Shown: positions 1 to 10,482, numbered from the stretch's first letter. The stretch is 64,000 nucleotides of DNA from Candidatus Melainabacteria bacterium 17Bon1m (GCA_032128875.1 JAVLKG010000010.1:96001-160000); one strand, 5' to 3'. Numbers and translations: made by a program. The notes: generated from the letters alone by a model not told the origin.

Positions 1-774
1 CGGTAAATTCACTTCCGTGGAAATAGCCGATGATAATTCAATCTTGGCTTTCTCGGCGGTTTCTTTCAAGCGCTGGCGCGCCATCAAATCATTGGAAATA
101 TCAAGCCCGGTGCTGGTGCGAAACTCATCAACAAGCCAGTCCATAATCGCCTGGTCGAAGTCGTCTCCGCCCAGTCTGTTGTTGCCGCTAGTGGCTTTCA
201 CTTCGAAGACGCCATCGGTGATTTCAAGGATGGATACGTCGAAGGTTCCGCCGCCAAGATCGAAAACCAGAATGGTGGCATGCTCAGACAGCCGATTGAG
301 ACCATACGCAAGAGCCGACGCGGTCGGTTCATTGATAATGCGCATAACATCGAGACCGGCAATTTGACCAGCATCGCGCGTCGCCTGTCTTTGCAGATCG
401 TTGAAATAAGCAGGCACGGTGATAACTGCCCGACTAATGGTTTCGCCCAAATAAGCTTCAGCATCAGCCTTCAACTTCTGCAAAATCATTGCAGAAATTT
501 GCTCCGGGCTATTATCCACGCCATCTATGTTGACGCGATAATTGGTGCCCATCTCGCGCTTGATCGACTGCACTGTGCGCTGGTGATTGGTAACCGCCTG
601 ACGCTTACCGAGTTCTCCAACCAGGCGCTCGCCAGACTTCGTAAACGCCACCACCGATGGTGTGGTGCGCGCTCCTTCGGAATTCTGCACGATAGTCGGA
701 CTGCCACCTTCAAAAATGGCTACGCACGAGAAGGTGGTGCCGAGATCTATGCCGATTATCCGGTCGCTAGTCAT
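1..774 (-). CDS. dnaK: Molecular chaperone DnaK/Hsp70, N-terminal part (runs off the left edge)
   Basis: Manual translation from ATG at 774: [19 protein letters not shown]...TVPAYFND...[14 protein letters not shown]...[10 protein letters not shown]. Start overlaps the grpE stop (TGATG). Not in the ORF track because it is truncated. Confidence 0.97.
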   Translation of the reverse strand, partial: MTSDRIIGIDLGTTFSCVAIFEGGSPTIVQNSEGARTTPSVVAFTKSGERLVGELGKRQAVTNHQRTVQSIKREMGTNYRVNIDGVDNSPEQISAMILQKLKADAEAYLGETISRAVITVPAYFNDLQRQATRDAGQIAGLDVMRIINEPTASALAYGLNRLSEHATILVFDLGGGTFDVSILEITDGVFEVKATSGNNRLGGDDFDQAIMDWLVDEFRTSTGLDISNDLMARQRLKETAEKAKIELSSAISTEVNLP

Positions 775-2003
775 CAGTCGTCTGTTACCTTCGCAGGCTG
801 GGCTTCAGGAAGCTCTTCTACGGGCACGTCAACGGCATCTTCTTCAGAGATTTCGTAGACCTGAACCGCATCATCAGCATCGCTGCTTTCCGCGGCCGAA
901 GCGGTCAATTCCATTTCGGGCAATTCATTTACCGGAGGAATGTTGATGTCGACGGTCTCAGTACCTGCGCCTCTTGAGCTATCGTCAGTCTTAACCAGAT
1001 TTTGCAAAGCTTGTCCGGTGGATTCGGCACTAGGGGCTGCTGGGGCGGCTTCGGCAGCCGGCGCGGCTTCAGCGGCAGGCGCTTCGGCGACGGTGGCTTC
1101 TGCCGGTGCTTCGGCTTCAGCAGGTGCTGCTTCCGCTTGCGGCGAGGCGGCGGCTTCTGCTGCAGCTACATCGCCAACCCAGTCAGGAGTGGCGGCCGGT
1201 GCAGGCGGAGCGGCTGCGGCGGCAGCTGCGGCTTTGGCAGCTTCTTCAGCGGCTTCTTCTTCGCTGAGTGCAGCAGTTACGTTGACCAGAGCAGGACGCA
1301 ATACGCGATCTTTGAACATAAAACCGCGACGAAGCTCATGGATAACGGTCGAATCAGGATATTGATTGGTTTTGATTTCTTGCACAGGCTCATGCAAGCG
1401 TGGGTCGAAAGGCTCGCCGATTACGGTCAGCGGCTTGACTCCAACTTGCTCCATGCAACGCGTGAATGAGTTGGCGCAGAGGCGGAATGCATCCAAAATC
1501 GCTTTGGATTCCATGTTGGGATTGAGTGTCTGCTGCGCGCGGTCTAAATCGTCAACCGCAGGCAATATAGCTTCGATTGCACGAAGTGCACCATTTGCGG
1601 AAAACTCTTCACGCTCTTTTTCCGTGCGGCGGCGATAATTTTCAAAGTCAGCAGCAAGCCGCTTCATGTGAGAATCGGTCTCAGCATTCTTTGTTTCGAG
1701 TTCGGCGACTTGTTGCTCTAAATCTCTAATGCGCTGAGTATCAGCCGCTGACGATTGACCTTGACCCGCGGGTCTGCCCATATCCATGCCGAAATCTTCA
1801 GGAGCCGCATCCTCACCGGCATACATCGCTCGGTAGAAAGCTTTCGCAGCGTTCATTCGCCCGCCGCCCTTCTCCTCTTCTTTTTTTGGCGCTTCCAATT
1901 CCGCTAAAGGCTCACTGGAGCCGTTGCCGGCTGCCGGCGCGGGTGCTTGCGACTCCTGTCCCTCTTCGGGTTTAGAAATTTTGTCGTCGTCTTCCGTTGA
2001 CAT
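774..2003 (-). CDS. grpE: Nucleotide exchange factor GrpE with a long acidic Ala/Pro/Glu-rich C-terminal extension
   Basis: [24 protein letters not shown] and [18 protein letters not shown] motifs; directly upstream of dnaK. Confidence 0.95.
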   Translation of the reverse strand: MSTEDDDKISKPEEGQESQAPAPAAGNGSSEPLAELEAPKKEEEKGGGRMNAAKAFYRAMYAGEDAAPEDFGMDMGRPAGQGQSSAADTQRIRDLEQQVAELETKNAETDSHMKRLAADFENYRRRTEKEREEFSANGALRAIEAILPAVDDLDRAQQTLNPNMESKAILDAFRLCANSFTRCMEQVGVKPLTVIGEPFDPRLHEPVQEIKTNQYPDSTVIHELRRGFMFKDRVLRPALVNVTAALSEEEAAEEAAKAAAAAAAAPPAPAATPDWVGDVAAAEAAASPQAEAAPAEAEAPAEATVAEAPAAEAAPAAEAAPAAPSAESTGQALQNLVKTDDSSRGAGTETVDINIPPVNELPEMELTASAAESSDADDAVQVYEISEEDAVDVPVEELPEAQPAKVTDD

Positions 2004-2294
2004 TCAACAGGTCTCCCAGACTGATCTTGACATGCGTCCGGATGGATCATCCGAAGCTAAAGTAATTTCTCAACATTCGACAACCCAGACTAAAATGCCT
2101 CGATTTGTCGACGGCGTCTGCCGTGAACACCGGCACGCACTCAGGAACGGAGCCCCGCTGGCGCCAGATGTAGAATCCCCCTCTGAAGACTCCTCATATA
2201 ATTCTAGGGTATTGAAGACCTAATCTTGCTAGATTTGCAATTTAACAATATATGTCGCCATAATTGGCGACTCACTTGAAATCTCACCAGTTAT

Positions 2295-3368
2295 ATGGAG
2301 CGGGCTGTGGCAACCTATCTCGAACCCCAAGCGCGTCTGGCTATCTATGCGGAAGGCGAGTTTGGAAAGAAACATGCAAAGACTGCCGAGGGAGTGATCC
2401 GATATGGGCGAAACCCAGTGGCGGCGGTCATTGATAGCGAAAAGTCTGGGGCAACTGTACGCGAGGCGGTTGGTCTGAACTGCGATGCGCCCATAGTGGC
2501 ATCTGTGGGCGATTCTCTCAAACACTCACCCTCAGCCCTCCTTTTAGGAACCGCCTGGACAGGCGGGGCGCTGCCGCCGCACTGGCGCAAGGACATCATC
2601 CATGCGCTGGAATCCGGTATGGATATCGTTAATGGTCTGCACGATTTTCTTGAGAACGACGCCGAAATCTCAGCCGTCGCCAAGCGGCACGGGCGGAGGC
2701 TTTTCGACGTTCGCAAACCGCCAATGCCACTGCCGGTGGGCGCGGGGCTGGCAAGGAACCTGAAGCAACACGTAGTACTGACCGTCGGCACCGACTGCTC
2801 GGTCGGCAAAATGACAGCTTCGCTGGAACTAGACGCTGAAGCGAGGCGCCGCGGCAAGCGCAGCAAATTCGTCGCAACCGGTCAGACCGGCATCATGATT
2901 TGTGGCGAAGGCATCGCTATCGACCGTGTCATCGGCGACTTTATGGCAGGCGCCACCGAAGAGATGGTGATGAACGCCGCCAAAGACCACGACTATATCT
3001 TTGTCGAAGGTCAAGGTTCGCTCTCGCACCCGGGTTTTTCCGGAGTGAGCCTGGCGCTGATACATGGCTCGGCTCCGAAGACTATGATTTTGGTCACAAA
3101 GGCGACCAAGACGAATATTTGCGAACTGCCACTACCTTTGCCATCGCTCACTACGACAATAAAAGCAAATGAGCATATGGCTTCACTGTTAAGACCAGCT
3201 AAAGTAGTCGGAATTGCCATGAACACATGGGGCATGAGCAAGGAAGATGCAGACCGCGCAATTCAACAAGCGCGGGAAGAAACCGGGCTGCCATGCCAAG
3301 ATCCGGTCCGTGACGGAGTTAAAGAACTTTTCGACGCCATCATTGCCAACGAGGAGAACAACAAGTGA
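2295..3368 (+). CDS. DUF1611 family protein (DgcN-like P-loop N-acetyltransferase)
   Basis: VGTDCSVGKMT, ATGQTG and VEGQGSLSHP motifs typical of DUF1611; overlaps the downstream epimerase. Confidence 0.9.
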   Translation: MERAVATYLEPQARLAIYAEGEFGKKHAKTAEGVIRYGRNPVAAVIDSEKSGATVREAVGLNCDAPIVASVGDSLKHSPSALLLGTAWTGGALPPHWRKDIIHALESGMDIVNGLHDFLENDAEISAVAKRHGRRLFDVRKPPMPLPVGAGLARNLKQHVVLTVGTDCSVGKMTASLELDAEARRRGKRSKFVATGQTGIMICGEGIAIDRVIGDFMAGATEEMVMNAAKDHDYIFVEGQGSLSHPGFSGVSLALIHGSAPKTMILVTKATKTNICELPLPLPSLTTTIKANEHMASLLRPAKVVGIAMNTWGMSKEDADRAIQQAREETGLPCQDPVRDGVKELFDAIIANEENNK

Positions 3369-4423
3369 GCACCACAACACGCGCAAAAAATGCGATTGCA
3401 TTGAATTTCGAAAAGTTGGAGATGACGACGACACACCCGTTTGGCATTTCGTACGGAACATCGGAAAAAACCCACAACGTTCTCGTCAAACTTGATTATC
3501 AAGGTCTGACCGGACTGGGCGAAGCCGCTCCAGCCGAATATCACAATGAAAGCCAAGCGACTGTCATGGCTGTTCTCGACACATTTGCAAAATCGGATAT
3601 TCTCGGCGACGATCCATTTGCAATTGCAGAAATATCTCGTCGAATGGACAAGGCAATCGCCGGTAATGCCTCTGCCAAAGCGGCAGTCGAAATGGCACTG
3701 CACGATCTCTGCGGAAAAGTTTTGAGTTGCCCGACTTACAAAATGCTCGGACTGTCTAACCTGCAGCCACCGATCACCGACTTCACCATCGGCATTGCCG
3801 ATCCCGATATGATCGAGAGAAAGACTCACGAAGCGGTACAACAAGGATACAAAGTTCTGAAGGTCAAACAAGGAACTTCCTTCGATCACGAGATCATCAA
3901 GCGCGTGCGCAAAGCGGCTCCGGATCTACCGCTGCGCGTTGATGCAAACGGTGGATGGACTCCTAAGCGAGCAATCGAGATGTCGAAATTCTTGCACGAA
4001 AATGGCGTTCAATTTATTGAACAACCGTTGCCGAAGTATGCACTTTACGATGATTGGAAAATGGTCAAAGAAGGCTCTCCCATCCCAATTTATGCAGATG
4101 AAAGTATTTGCCGCTCCAACGATGTAGCCCGACTCGCTGGTGCCATAGACGGTGTCGTCGTGAAATTGGCAAAAACCGGTGGACTGCTCGAAGCGCTGAA
4201 AGTAATTCACACCGCACGGGCTTTCTCCATGCAGATTATGTTCGGTTGCATGATTGAATCTTCGGTAGGCGTCACCGCGGCAGTTCACCTCGCATCGCTC
4301 GTGGATCATCTTGATCTCGACGGCGCGTTACTTTTGTCAGACGACCCTTACCTCGGTGCTGTCTATGACGATGGTTATTTAAAACTGTCTGACAGACCAG
4401 GTCTCGGTGTCATTCCGCGTTAG
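3365..4423 (+). CDS. Dipeptide epimerase (L-Ala-D/L-Glu epimerase / DgcA-like, enolase superfamily)
   Basis: KVK, RVDANGGW, IEQP, ADES, GCMIES and DLDG motifs. Confidence 0.92.
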   Translation: MSTTTRAKNAIALNFEKLEMTTTHPFGISYGTSEKTHNVLVKLDYQGLTGLGEAAPAEYHNESQATVMAVLDTFAKSDILGDDPFAIAEISRRMDKAIAGNASAKAAVEMALHDLCGKVLSCPTYKMLGLSNLQPPITDFTIGIADPDMIERKTHEAVQQGYKVLKVKQGTSFDHEIIKRVRKAAPDLPLRVDANGGWTPKRAIEMSKFLHENGVQFIEQPLPKYALYDDWKMVKEGSPIPIYADESICRSNDVARLAGAIDGVVVKLAKTGGLLEALKVIHTARAFSMQIMFGCMIESSVGVTAAVHLASLVDHLDLDGALLLSDDPYLGAVYDDGYLKLSDRPGLGVIPR

Positions 4424-4437
4424 GCAACCCAGAATCT

Positions 4438-4490
4438 GTAGGGGAGGCACATGTGCCTCCCAGCCTGGGAACCGCATGCGGTTCCCGTAC
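4438..4490. repeat. Inverted REP doublet (REPIN-like) between convergent genes
   Basis: GTAG-GGGAGGCAC-AT-GTGCCTCCC followed by GGGAACCGC-AT-GCGGTTCCC-GTAC; similar doublet at 23823. Confidence 0.8.
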
Positions 4491-4501
4491 GAATCTTCAA
4501 T

Positions 4502-5416
4502 TTAGCCCCAGTTTTTCAGGCGCTCTTTGATGCGTTCGATTGTGTGTTTCGAATAAAGACGAAACACCATAAACGGCGTCTTGCCTGCAACTTGAGCAAC
4601 CACCGATTGACTTGCCAAATCGCAAATAACAATTGTCGCGTACTTCATCATGTACTTAAGTTCGGTTTCGTCTGTCGTCAAAACAGATCTCACGGCAATC
4701 TGTTCGCCACGTTGCGCAGCCAAAAGTTTCGTCGCCATATTGAGCAGTGTCTGGCTTTGCGAAACTAACAGCACAAGACTTCCATCCTTCAGTTCTTGCA
4801 CATGGTCTAGCTCTTGACGCGCCGGTTCAATATCACAAACAATCAAACGAGTGCGATCCGCAATCAAGTTTTCGAACGCGAACACGTGGTAAAGACTGGT
4901 AATGACGAGGGAATCAGGCAGCCAATCTTTGTGGTCCTGCATTTCCTCTGTTGTCATTGCGACAATTTCATTGGAAAACTCAGGCTGCAACTCTGCAAGC
5001 TGGACAGCATGGAAATCCTTGTTTCGATCAACAACGATAATGCGCTTCACAGGCTTCTTCTCAAGCATGCTTTGCAAAAGTGGTTTCACTTGATCGCGGG
5101 AAAAACCGTTTTCACTGACCATTGCCAAAAAATCCTGACACAATTTGGTGAGATCGGTGTTTTTGACTTCGGCCTTGGCCTTTCCGGCAACTCGCACGCC
5201 TGAGCCCTGGCGAATATCCAGAAGCCCGACTCCGGCCAAATGATTGTACGCAGCGGTAATAGTGCTGTAGTGAATGCCGAGACGCTGAGCCAGAGCGCGA
5301 ATACTCGGCAGCTTTTCTTGACTCTTCAACGCTCCGGATGCGATTTGCAGAGCGATCTGCTCGATCAACTGATCGCGAATCGGAACTGCACTTTCTTTGT
5401 TGATTGAGACTTTCAC
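4502..5416 (-). CDS. GntR family regulator, PlmA-like architecture
   Basis: N-terminal GntR HTH (LPSIRALAQRLGIHYSTITAAYNHL...GSGVRV). C-terminal region resembles cyanobacterial PlmA (VITSLYH, LVSQSQTLL...QRGEQIAV). GTG start. Confidence 0.85.
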   Translation of the reverse strand: MKVSINKESAVPIRDQLIEQIALQIASGALKSQEKLPSIRALAQRLGIHYSTITAAYNHLAGVGLLDIRQGSGVRVAGKAKAEVKNTDLTKLCQDFLAMVSENGFSRDQVKPLLQSMLEKKPVKRIIVVDRNKDFHAVQLAELQPEFSNEIVAMTTEEMQDHKDWLPDSLVITSLYHVFAFENLIADRTRLIVCDIEPARQELDHVQELKDGSLVLLVSQSQTLLNMATKLLAAQRGEQIAVRSVLTTDETELKYMMKYATIVICDLASQSVVAQVAGKTPFMVFRLYSKHTIERIKERLKNWG

Positions 5417-5681
5417 TTCTTGACCTGAAAAGGCTGGCGCTCCGAACTATATCAATCAATCCGCTTCAAATCATTTCAGATCATTTCAGATCGCGTCAGA
5501 TCTTTCCAAACAAAAAATCGGCACTTTTGGAGTTAGAGAGCGTACTCCGGCAGCGCCGATTTTTCGATTTTGTCTTTGGCTCCTCAATCAACTCGAGACA
5601 GATCAAACAGATCCAAATTGACTGTGGAATTTTCACGAGAGCTACGACAATGCCAATGACTGCAAGGAGTTTGCCAAATTT

Positions 5682-5696
5682 TGCAAATCATTCTCA
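5682..5696. promoter_or_regulatory. Candidate Fur box
   Basis: TGCAAAT-C-ATTCTCA, 12/15 match to 7-1-7 TGATAATnATTATCA, in the AT-rich spacer upstream of a fur gene. Confidence 0.4.
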
Positions 5697-5986
5697 CTAC
5701 CGAGACCGCTAAAACGTTACTATTTGCGATTTGCTCTGTCAATTAACCATACCTCATTTTTATATCCTTTAGACAGGGACAAAAATGAAATTTTCGGACA
5801 GGGTTGCTTTTAACAAGCTTGTCAGAAGAAATCTTAAATGAGAAACTCGTTCAAGATTGTCATGCGCATTTTCGGCTAACGTAACGACCCATAAATCCCA
5901 GCCCTTCTGCAATTTGACACCGTAGAGCACGAAGGAATATCATCTTTATCTGAACTGACAATTTTCTCAATAGCGTTTTCAATACG

Positions 5987-6736
5987 ATGACAAACAAGCC
6001 TGGCGACAATCTCGAAAATCCATCGCCAAATAAAGCACAACTTGATCCCTCCGACGAACATATAGAGGATCGCGAAGGCAAAGAGGACCGAGACGGTCTT
6101 TCCAAGTCTGCGAAAAAAGCAGGGCGCCACGGTCAGTCACAGGAATCGATATCCACCATTGTCAAGTCATTCCCGAAAGGCACCCACGTAACTGCGGCGG
6201 AGGTGTACGAACGTGCAATTGAGATGGGCTATGAACTCAGCCTCTCGACTGTTTATCGCAATCTGCATCGATTAAAGGCAGACGGCAACGTCAACACTGT
6301 TTCCGGTGACCGCGGTATGCGCTATGAGCCAGCCGAAGAAGGTCCGGACCACGACCACTTGATCTGCCTGGGCTGCGGATTGACGATTGAGTTTATCGAC
6401 GATTTGATACGCGGCTTTGGTAAATCTGTTGCTCAACGCAAGGGCTTCGACCATAGGTCCAGTCGTTTCGACATTCTTGGATATTGCGGAGATTGTCGTG
6501 CCAAAGACGAGACCTATCGCTTAAAACAAGTCGTTGACTTGATTTCAAACTCAGAAACTCTAATCGATGACTCACTCACTTCGCTGCGGCAATCTGTGGA
6601 TCTGATCGATTCGCGCAAGTCATCGAAAGCACAACAGCAGTTAGAAAATACTGTCGTACGCTTGAGCGAGGCGGTAAAACTCTGCCAGCAAGCGCTTGCA
6701 GTGCTGCCCAAATCAGCCGAAGAAAACTCACAATAA
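5987..6736 (+). CDS. Fur family transcriptional regulator with N- and C-terminal extensions
   Basis: LSLSTVYRNL helix, HDHLICLGCG and GYCGDC zinc motifs. Confidence 0.92.
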   Translation: MTNKPGDNLENPSPNKAQLDPSDEHIEDREGKEDRDGLSKSAKKAGRHGQSQESISTIVKSFPKGTHVTAAEVYERAIEMGYELSLSTVYRNLHRLKADGNVNTVSGDRGMRYEPAEEGPDHDHLICLGCGLTIEFIDDLIRGFGKSVAQRKGFDHRSSRFDILGYCGDCRAKDETYRLKQVVDLISNSETLIDDSLTSLRQSVDLIDSRKSSKAQQQLENTVVRLSEAVKLCQQALAVLPKSAEENSQ

Positions 6737-6738
6737 TC

Positions 6739-6950
6739 GTCGGGACGATGCCATGCGTCGCCCGGTTCGCGAAGCGGCGCATGGCATGCGCCTTTTCGCG
6801 CGGGCGGCGTGAACGCCGCCCCTACAAACACAGGCGGACGAGCGAAGGTCGCCGAGAAGGCGTCCAAAGCGAGTAGAAAAGGCGAGCGGAGGTCCGCGCG
6901 CAGCAAGGACCGGAGCGCATAAAACAGAGCCGCGCGCAACGCGCCCCCAC
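6739..6950. repeat. Cluster of REP-like palindromes between convergent genes
   Basis: GTCGGGACGATGCCATGCGTCGCCC; GGCGCATGGCATGCGCC; GGGCGGCGTGAACGCCGCCCCTAC; CGCGCGCAACGCGCCCCCAC. Confidence 0.75.
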
Positions 6951-6969
6951 GAGTTTCAAAGCTAAACTC

Positions 6970-8037
6970 TTACCGGGAGCCGATTGAAGCGAGGTGCTGC
7001 TTGTACAGACGAGCTTTGGAATCGCCTAGATCTTTCTCGCTTTCAACGATCAGCTGTTCCATATACTCGAGAGATGTCTTTCTCAGACGATTGATTTCGC
7101 GACGCTTTTCGAGCATCTTCGGAAGAAGTTTTACAGCATCAAAAGTACCCTTGAGCCAGGGCACGAGCTGACCTCCGCGGACAGTTACTACGGCAAGATA
7201 GTAGAACTGCCAGAAGCAAATGTGCGGCAAGAATTTCCACAATAGCGGCGTGGGAATGTTTTTGACAATAGTATTCCAGTTGTTGCGCGCCGATAAACGA
7301 ACGACCAGTGGACTATAGCCACTGCCTGTGGTGCCGCAACCGAGGTGATAAACAATCGAGGTCGGCACATAAATGCACTTGTAGCCAGCAGCTTGCGCGC
7401 GCAAGCCGAGATCTACGTCTTCGAGATAGGCGAAGTAGTCTTCATCGAAATAGCCGATGTCGGCGAAGAGTTCGCGGCGATAGAGCGCCGCTCCTCCGCA
7501 AGCACCAAGCAAGTAGCGTTTGCGATCGAAGCGCCCGGTATCTCGCTCTTTGTGTCCTATACGTCCAGGCAGTCCGCCGCGTCGATATCCATCGCCAGCC
7601 CCGTCCAACAACGCGTGATCGTCGTAAGCAAGCATTTTGCAGCCGGCACTGCCGGCTTCCGGATGTTCTTTCATCGCTTTCACGAGTTCTAACATCCAGT
7701 TGGGATCAACGACAGTGTCGTTGTTCAGAAGCGCCACCATCTCGCCGGTCGATGCTTTGATGCCTGCATTGACTGCGGGGCTGAAGCCTGTATTGACCGG
7801 AAATGTTACAAGTTTTACGTAAGGGTAATTTTCATGCAGATACTCGACAGACCCATCCTTGGAGCCATTGTCGACAATCACTACCTCAATCGGCTCGTAT
7901 GTCTGCTCCTTGAGAGAATCCAGACATCCGGCGAGGAACTTCTTGCCGTTCCAGTTGGGTATTACGACGCTTATGAGTGGGTTTGCCATTTTGCCAGCCA
8001 AGGGTTTTGGTTCGCGATGAAACAACATATTGTACAT
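6970..8037 (-). CDS. Glycosyltransferase family 2 (WbbL-like)
   Basis: ISVVIPNWNG, VDNGSKDGS, LLNNDT, FDEDYFAYLEDVDLGLR. True start may be the ATG at 7989. Confidence 0.92.
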   Translation of the reverse strand: MYNMLFHREPKPLAGKMANPLISVVIPNWNGKKFLAGCLDSLKEQTYEPIEVVIVDNGSKDGSVEYLHENYPYVKLVTFPVNTGFSPAVNAGIKASTGEMVALLNNDTVVDPNWMLELVKAMKEHPEAGSAGCKMLAYDDHALLDGAGDGYRRGGLPGRIGHKERDTGRFDRKRYLLGACGGAALYRRELFADIGYFDEDYFAYLEDVDLGLRAQAAGYKCIYVPTSIVYHLGCGTTGSGYSPLVVRLSARNNWNTIVKNIPTPLLWKFLPHICFWQFYYLAVVTVRGGQLVPWLKGTFDAVKLLPKMLEKRREINRLRKTSLEYMEQLIVESEKDLGDSKARLYKQHLASIGSR

Positions 8038-8169
8038 AATCCCTTGAAAGCCACCTCAGACTTACTGGATTAGATATAATTGCGCCTTCGAAGAAAGCTC
8101 TTATCCGGGCTCTGAAAAGAGCCTTAGACTTGAGTAAGTAGCGGTTTTGCAGTTTGGCGGTGAGTCTCT

Positions 8170-9525
8170 GTGAGTGCCTGCAAAAGCATAATTTTTGTCA
8201 CGCTGGAGCCGATCGCCAGACAAATGGCGGGCCCGGCGATTCGAGCCTTTGAACTGGGGCTGACTCTGAGCGATGAAGTAGATGTGACGGTTTTCACGCC
8301 GCACAAAATACCGGATGACGTTGTCCGAGAGCTAAAAGAGAGGCGAAATCTTCCAAAAAACTTTCAGCTCAAGAGCGGTTTGAGCAAATCTGCTCTCTAC
8401 AATCTCGCTGCTCAGCATGATGCTATTTTCATTCAAGCCAACGTGCTGAAGCCGTATCCGGGTCTAGCGGCGTTGGGCAAATATCTGACCGTAGACCTGT
8501 ACGACCCATATCTGTTTTCGATTCTGGTTCAATATCAAAACTCTGATGTGGCTGCCAATGCCAGCTATAGGCTGATGCACAAAGTTTTGGAACAGCACAT
8601 GGTGGCATGCGATTTTTCCGTTTGCGCATCCGAGCGTCAGCGAGATTACTGGATAGGTCGCTACTGCGCGCTCGGAAGAGTCAATCCGGACATGTATTCC
8701 TTTGACCCATCAATGCGCAAACTCATCGATGTAATTCCGTTCGGATTGCAGGAGGGTGAGCCGGTCAGACGAGGCAAAGGAGCCAAGGGAAACATTCCGG
8801 GCATCGGCGAAGACGACAAACTTTTGCTTTGGGGCGGTGGCATCTGGGATTGGTTCGATCCACTCACAGTTATACGCGCGGCCGCACGAGCATCAGAAAC
8901 CATTCCGAATTTGCGATTGTTTTTCATGGGCATGAAATCGCCCAACCCTCAAGTTCCGCTCATGCCCATGGCGCTAAAGGCGAAAGAGCTGGCGAAGGAA
9001 TTGAATGTTCTCGATCGCATCGTCTTTTTCCATGAAGAGTGGACGCCTTATGAAGACCGTGTCAATTACTTGCTCGACGCCGACATCGGTGTCTCGGCGC
9101 ACTTCGATCTTCCGGAGACGCGTTTTTCTTTCCGCACCCGCTTGCTCGACTATTTCTGGGCGAGATTACCGGTGCTCACTACAGGTGGTGATCAGCTCGC
9201 GGAATTAATCGAAGCGAACAAAGCCGGTCGTGCACTGGATTACGGTGATGTAGATGGTTGGGTACGCGCAATCAGCGAGTTATTGGCCGACCCAAAAAGG
9301 GAAGAACAATGTCGCCAGGGAGCCCGAAATCTAGCGGAAAATTATGTCTGGTCGAAAGCAGCAATGCCATTGCGCCAATTCTTGAAAAACCCGCATCACC
9401 TGCCGGAGTACAAGAAGGTGACCATGCCTTCATTCGTCGAGCGTGCGCAGGCTGTGTACGCAAGAGGCGGCAAAGACCTGGTGGTCAAACGGTCAAAACA
9501 GATTATTGAGGATTGGATGAAATAA
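8170..9525 (+). CDS. GT-B fold glycosyltransferase (family 4-like)
   Basis: MAGPAIR, VDLYDP, LWGGGIWDWFDP and ETRFSFRTRLLDYFWARLPV motifs. Confidence 0.8.
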   Translation: MSACKSIIFVTLEPIARQMAGPAIRAFELGLTLSDEVDVTVFTPHKIPDDVVRELKERRNLPKNFQLKSGLSKSALYNLAAQHDAIFIQANVLKPYPGLAALGKYLTVDLYDPYLFSILVQYQNSDVAANASYRLMHKVLEQHMVACDFSVCASERQRDYWIGRYCALGRVNPDMYSFDPSMRKLIDVIPFGLQEGEPVRRGKGAKGNIPGIGEDDKLLLWGGGIWDWFDPLTVIRAAARASETIPNLRLFFMGMKSPNPQVPLMPMALKAKELAKELNVLDRIVFFHEEWTPYEDRVNYLLDADIGVSAHFDLPETRFSFRTRLLDYFWARLPVLTTGGDQLAELIEANKAGRALDYGDVDGWVRAISELLADPKREEQCRQGARNLAENYVWSKAAMPLRQFLKNPHHLPEYKKVTMPSFVERAQAVYARGGKDLVVKRSKQIIEDWMK

Positions 9526-9528
9526 GCT

Positions 9529-10482
9529 ATGGTTCTGATTCCTCTCGAAAATCGCTTGAGTCGATTGCAAGGTATCCGCGAAGCCCCAGAAACGGCGCCG
9601 CCCCACTTGCGCGAACAACCATGGCTGGAGCTAGAACAGAAAGCCGCGCTCGGCATCTATGAAGATGTAGAGAAAGTGCTGAAAAAACTGGCAAAGGCAA
9701 AGCTGGGCAAAGAGCCGGCGCCAAAACTAGTGCATGAAACTCGCGTGGTATTGAGGCGTTGGGAATCTATCTGGGGAGTTCTGGAGCGCGACGGCTGGAG
9801 CGACAAGAAATTCTGGAAGAAAACCGGCAGCAAGCTGAGGAAGCTGCACAAAATGCTGGGCAACGCGCGCGATTGGGACGTCAACCTTGAATTCGCGGAA
9901 GAGTACGAACTGCCTGAATCCGTGCGCAAAGTGTTTAAGAAAGAACGCGCCAAAGCCGGAAAGAAAGTAGCGAAGAGCCTGGAAAAGATTGAAGTAAAGA
10001 AGATGGCGAAAAGCCTTCTTAAGTTTTTGCTGAAGCGCCCGCAAGAAATAGCTGTTCGCCATGCCGGTTCGTCAAAGCTTTTTCAATCGGCATACAGCCA
10101 CTTAGAGCCGCTACTTGCCGAGCAAGAAGATACGGCACGCGCCCTTGAGGCACACGCTCATACACCTTCAGAACTGCACGAACTGCGGCTGGTCGTTAAA
10201 GCCTGGCGTTATTTGCTTGCAGACTTTTTCGGTCTGACCAATCTAGAGCTTGTAAAAGCGCAGCAGTTGTTGGGAAAACTGAATGATCTAGAACGATTGA
10301 GCCAGCTTGTCGGTGCAATCGCCGCTCAGGATGCGGGCGCAACCCGGGCGATGATAAAACTGCAGGAGCAAAAGCTAAAGCTGCTGTCCGATTTCGATAC
10401 TTTGCGTGTAAATTTGCCTTTTGGGCTGAGACCGAGTGTCACCAGCGTAACCAACCTCAGTGTCGATGCGGTTGACGATTAA
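9529..10482 (+). CDS. CHAD domain-containing (polyphosphate-binding) protein
   Basis: VHETRVVLRR, LGNARDWDV, LHELRLVVKAWRY, QQLLGKLND. Confidence 0.88.
   Translation: MVLIPLENRLSRLQGIREAPETAPPHLREQPWLELEQKAALGIYEDVEKVLKKLAKAKLGKEPAPKLVHETRVVLRRWESIWGVLERDGWSDKKFWKKTGSKLRKLHKMLGNARDWDVNLEFAEEYELPESVRKVFKKERAKAGKKVAKSLEKIEVKKMAKSLLKFLLKRPQEIAVRHAGSSKLFQSAYSHLEPLLAEQEDTARALEAHAHTPSELHELRLVVKAWRYLLADFFGLTNLELVKAQQLLGKLNDLERLSQLVGAIAAQDAGATRAMIKLQEQKLKLLSDFDTLRVNLPFGLRPSVTSVTNLSVDAVDD

Noticed and set aside
2004-2294. CIRCE operator upstream of grpE-dnaK
   Set aside because: No TTAGCACTC-N9-GAGTGCTAA seen and no hrcA; only an unrelated GTCGCCA-TAAT-TGGCGAC palindrome.
6739-6950. Possible CRISPR array (also 20821 and 23823 clusters)
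   Set aside because: Repeats are non-identical, in mixed orientation and irregularly spaced, with no cas genes; they fit REPs.
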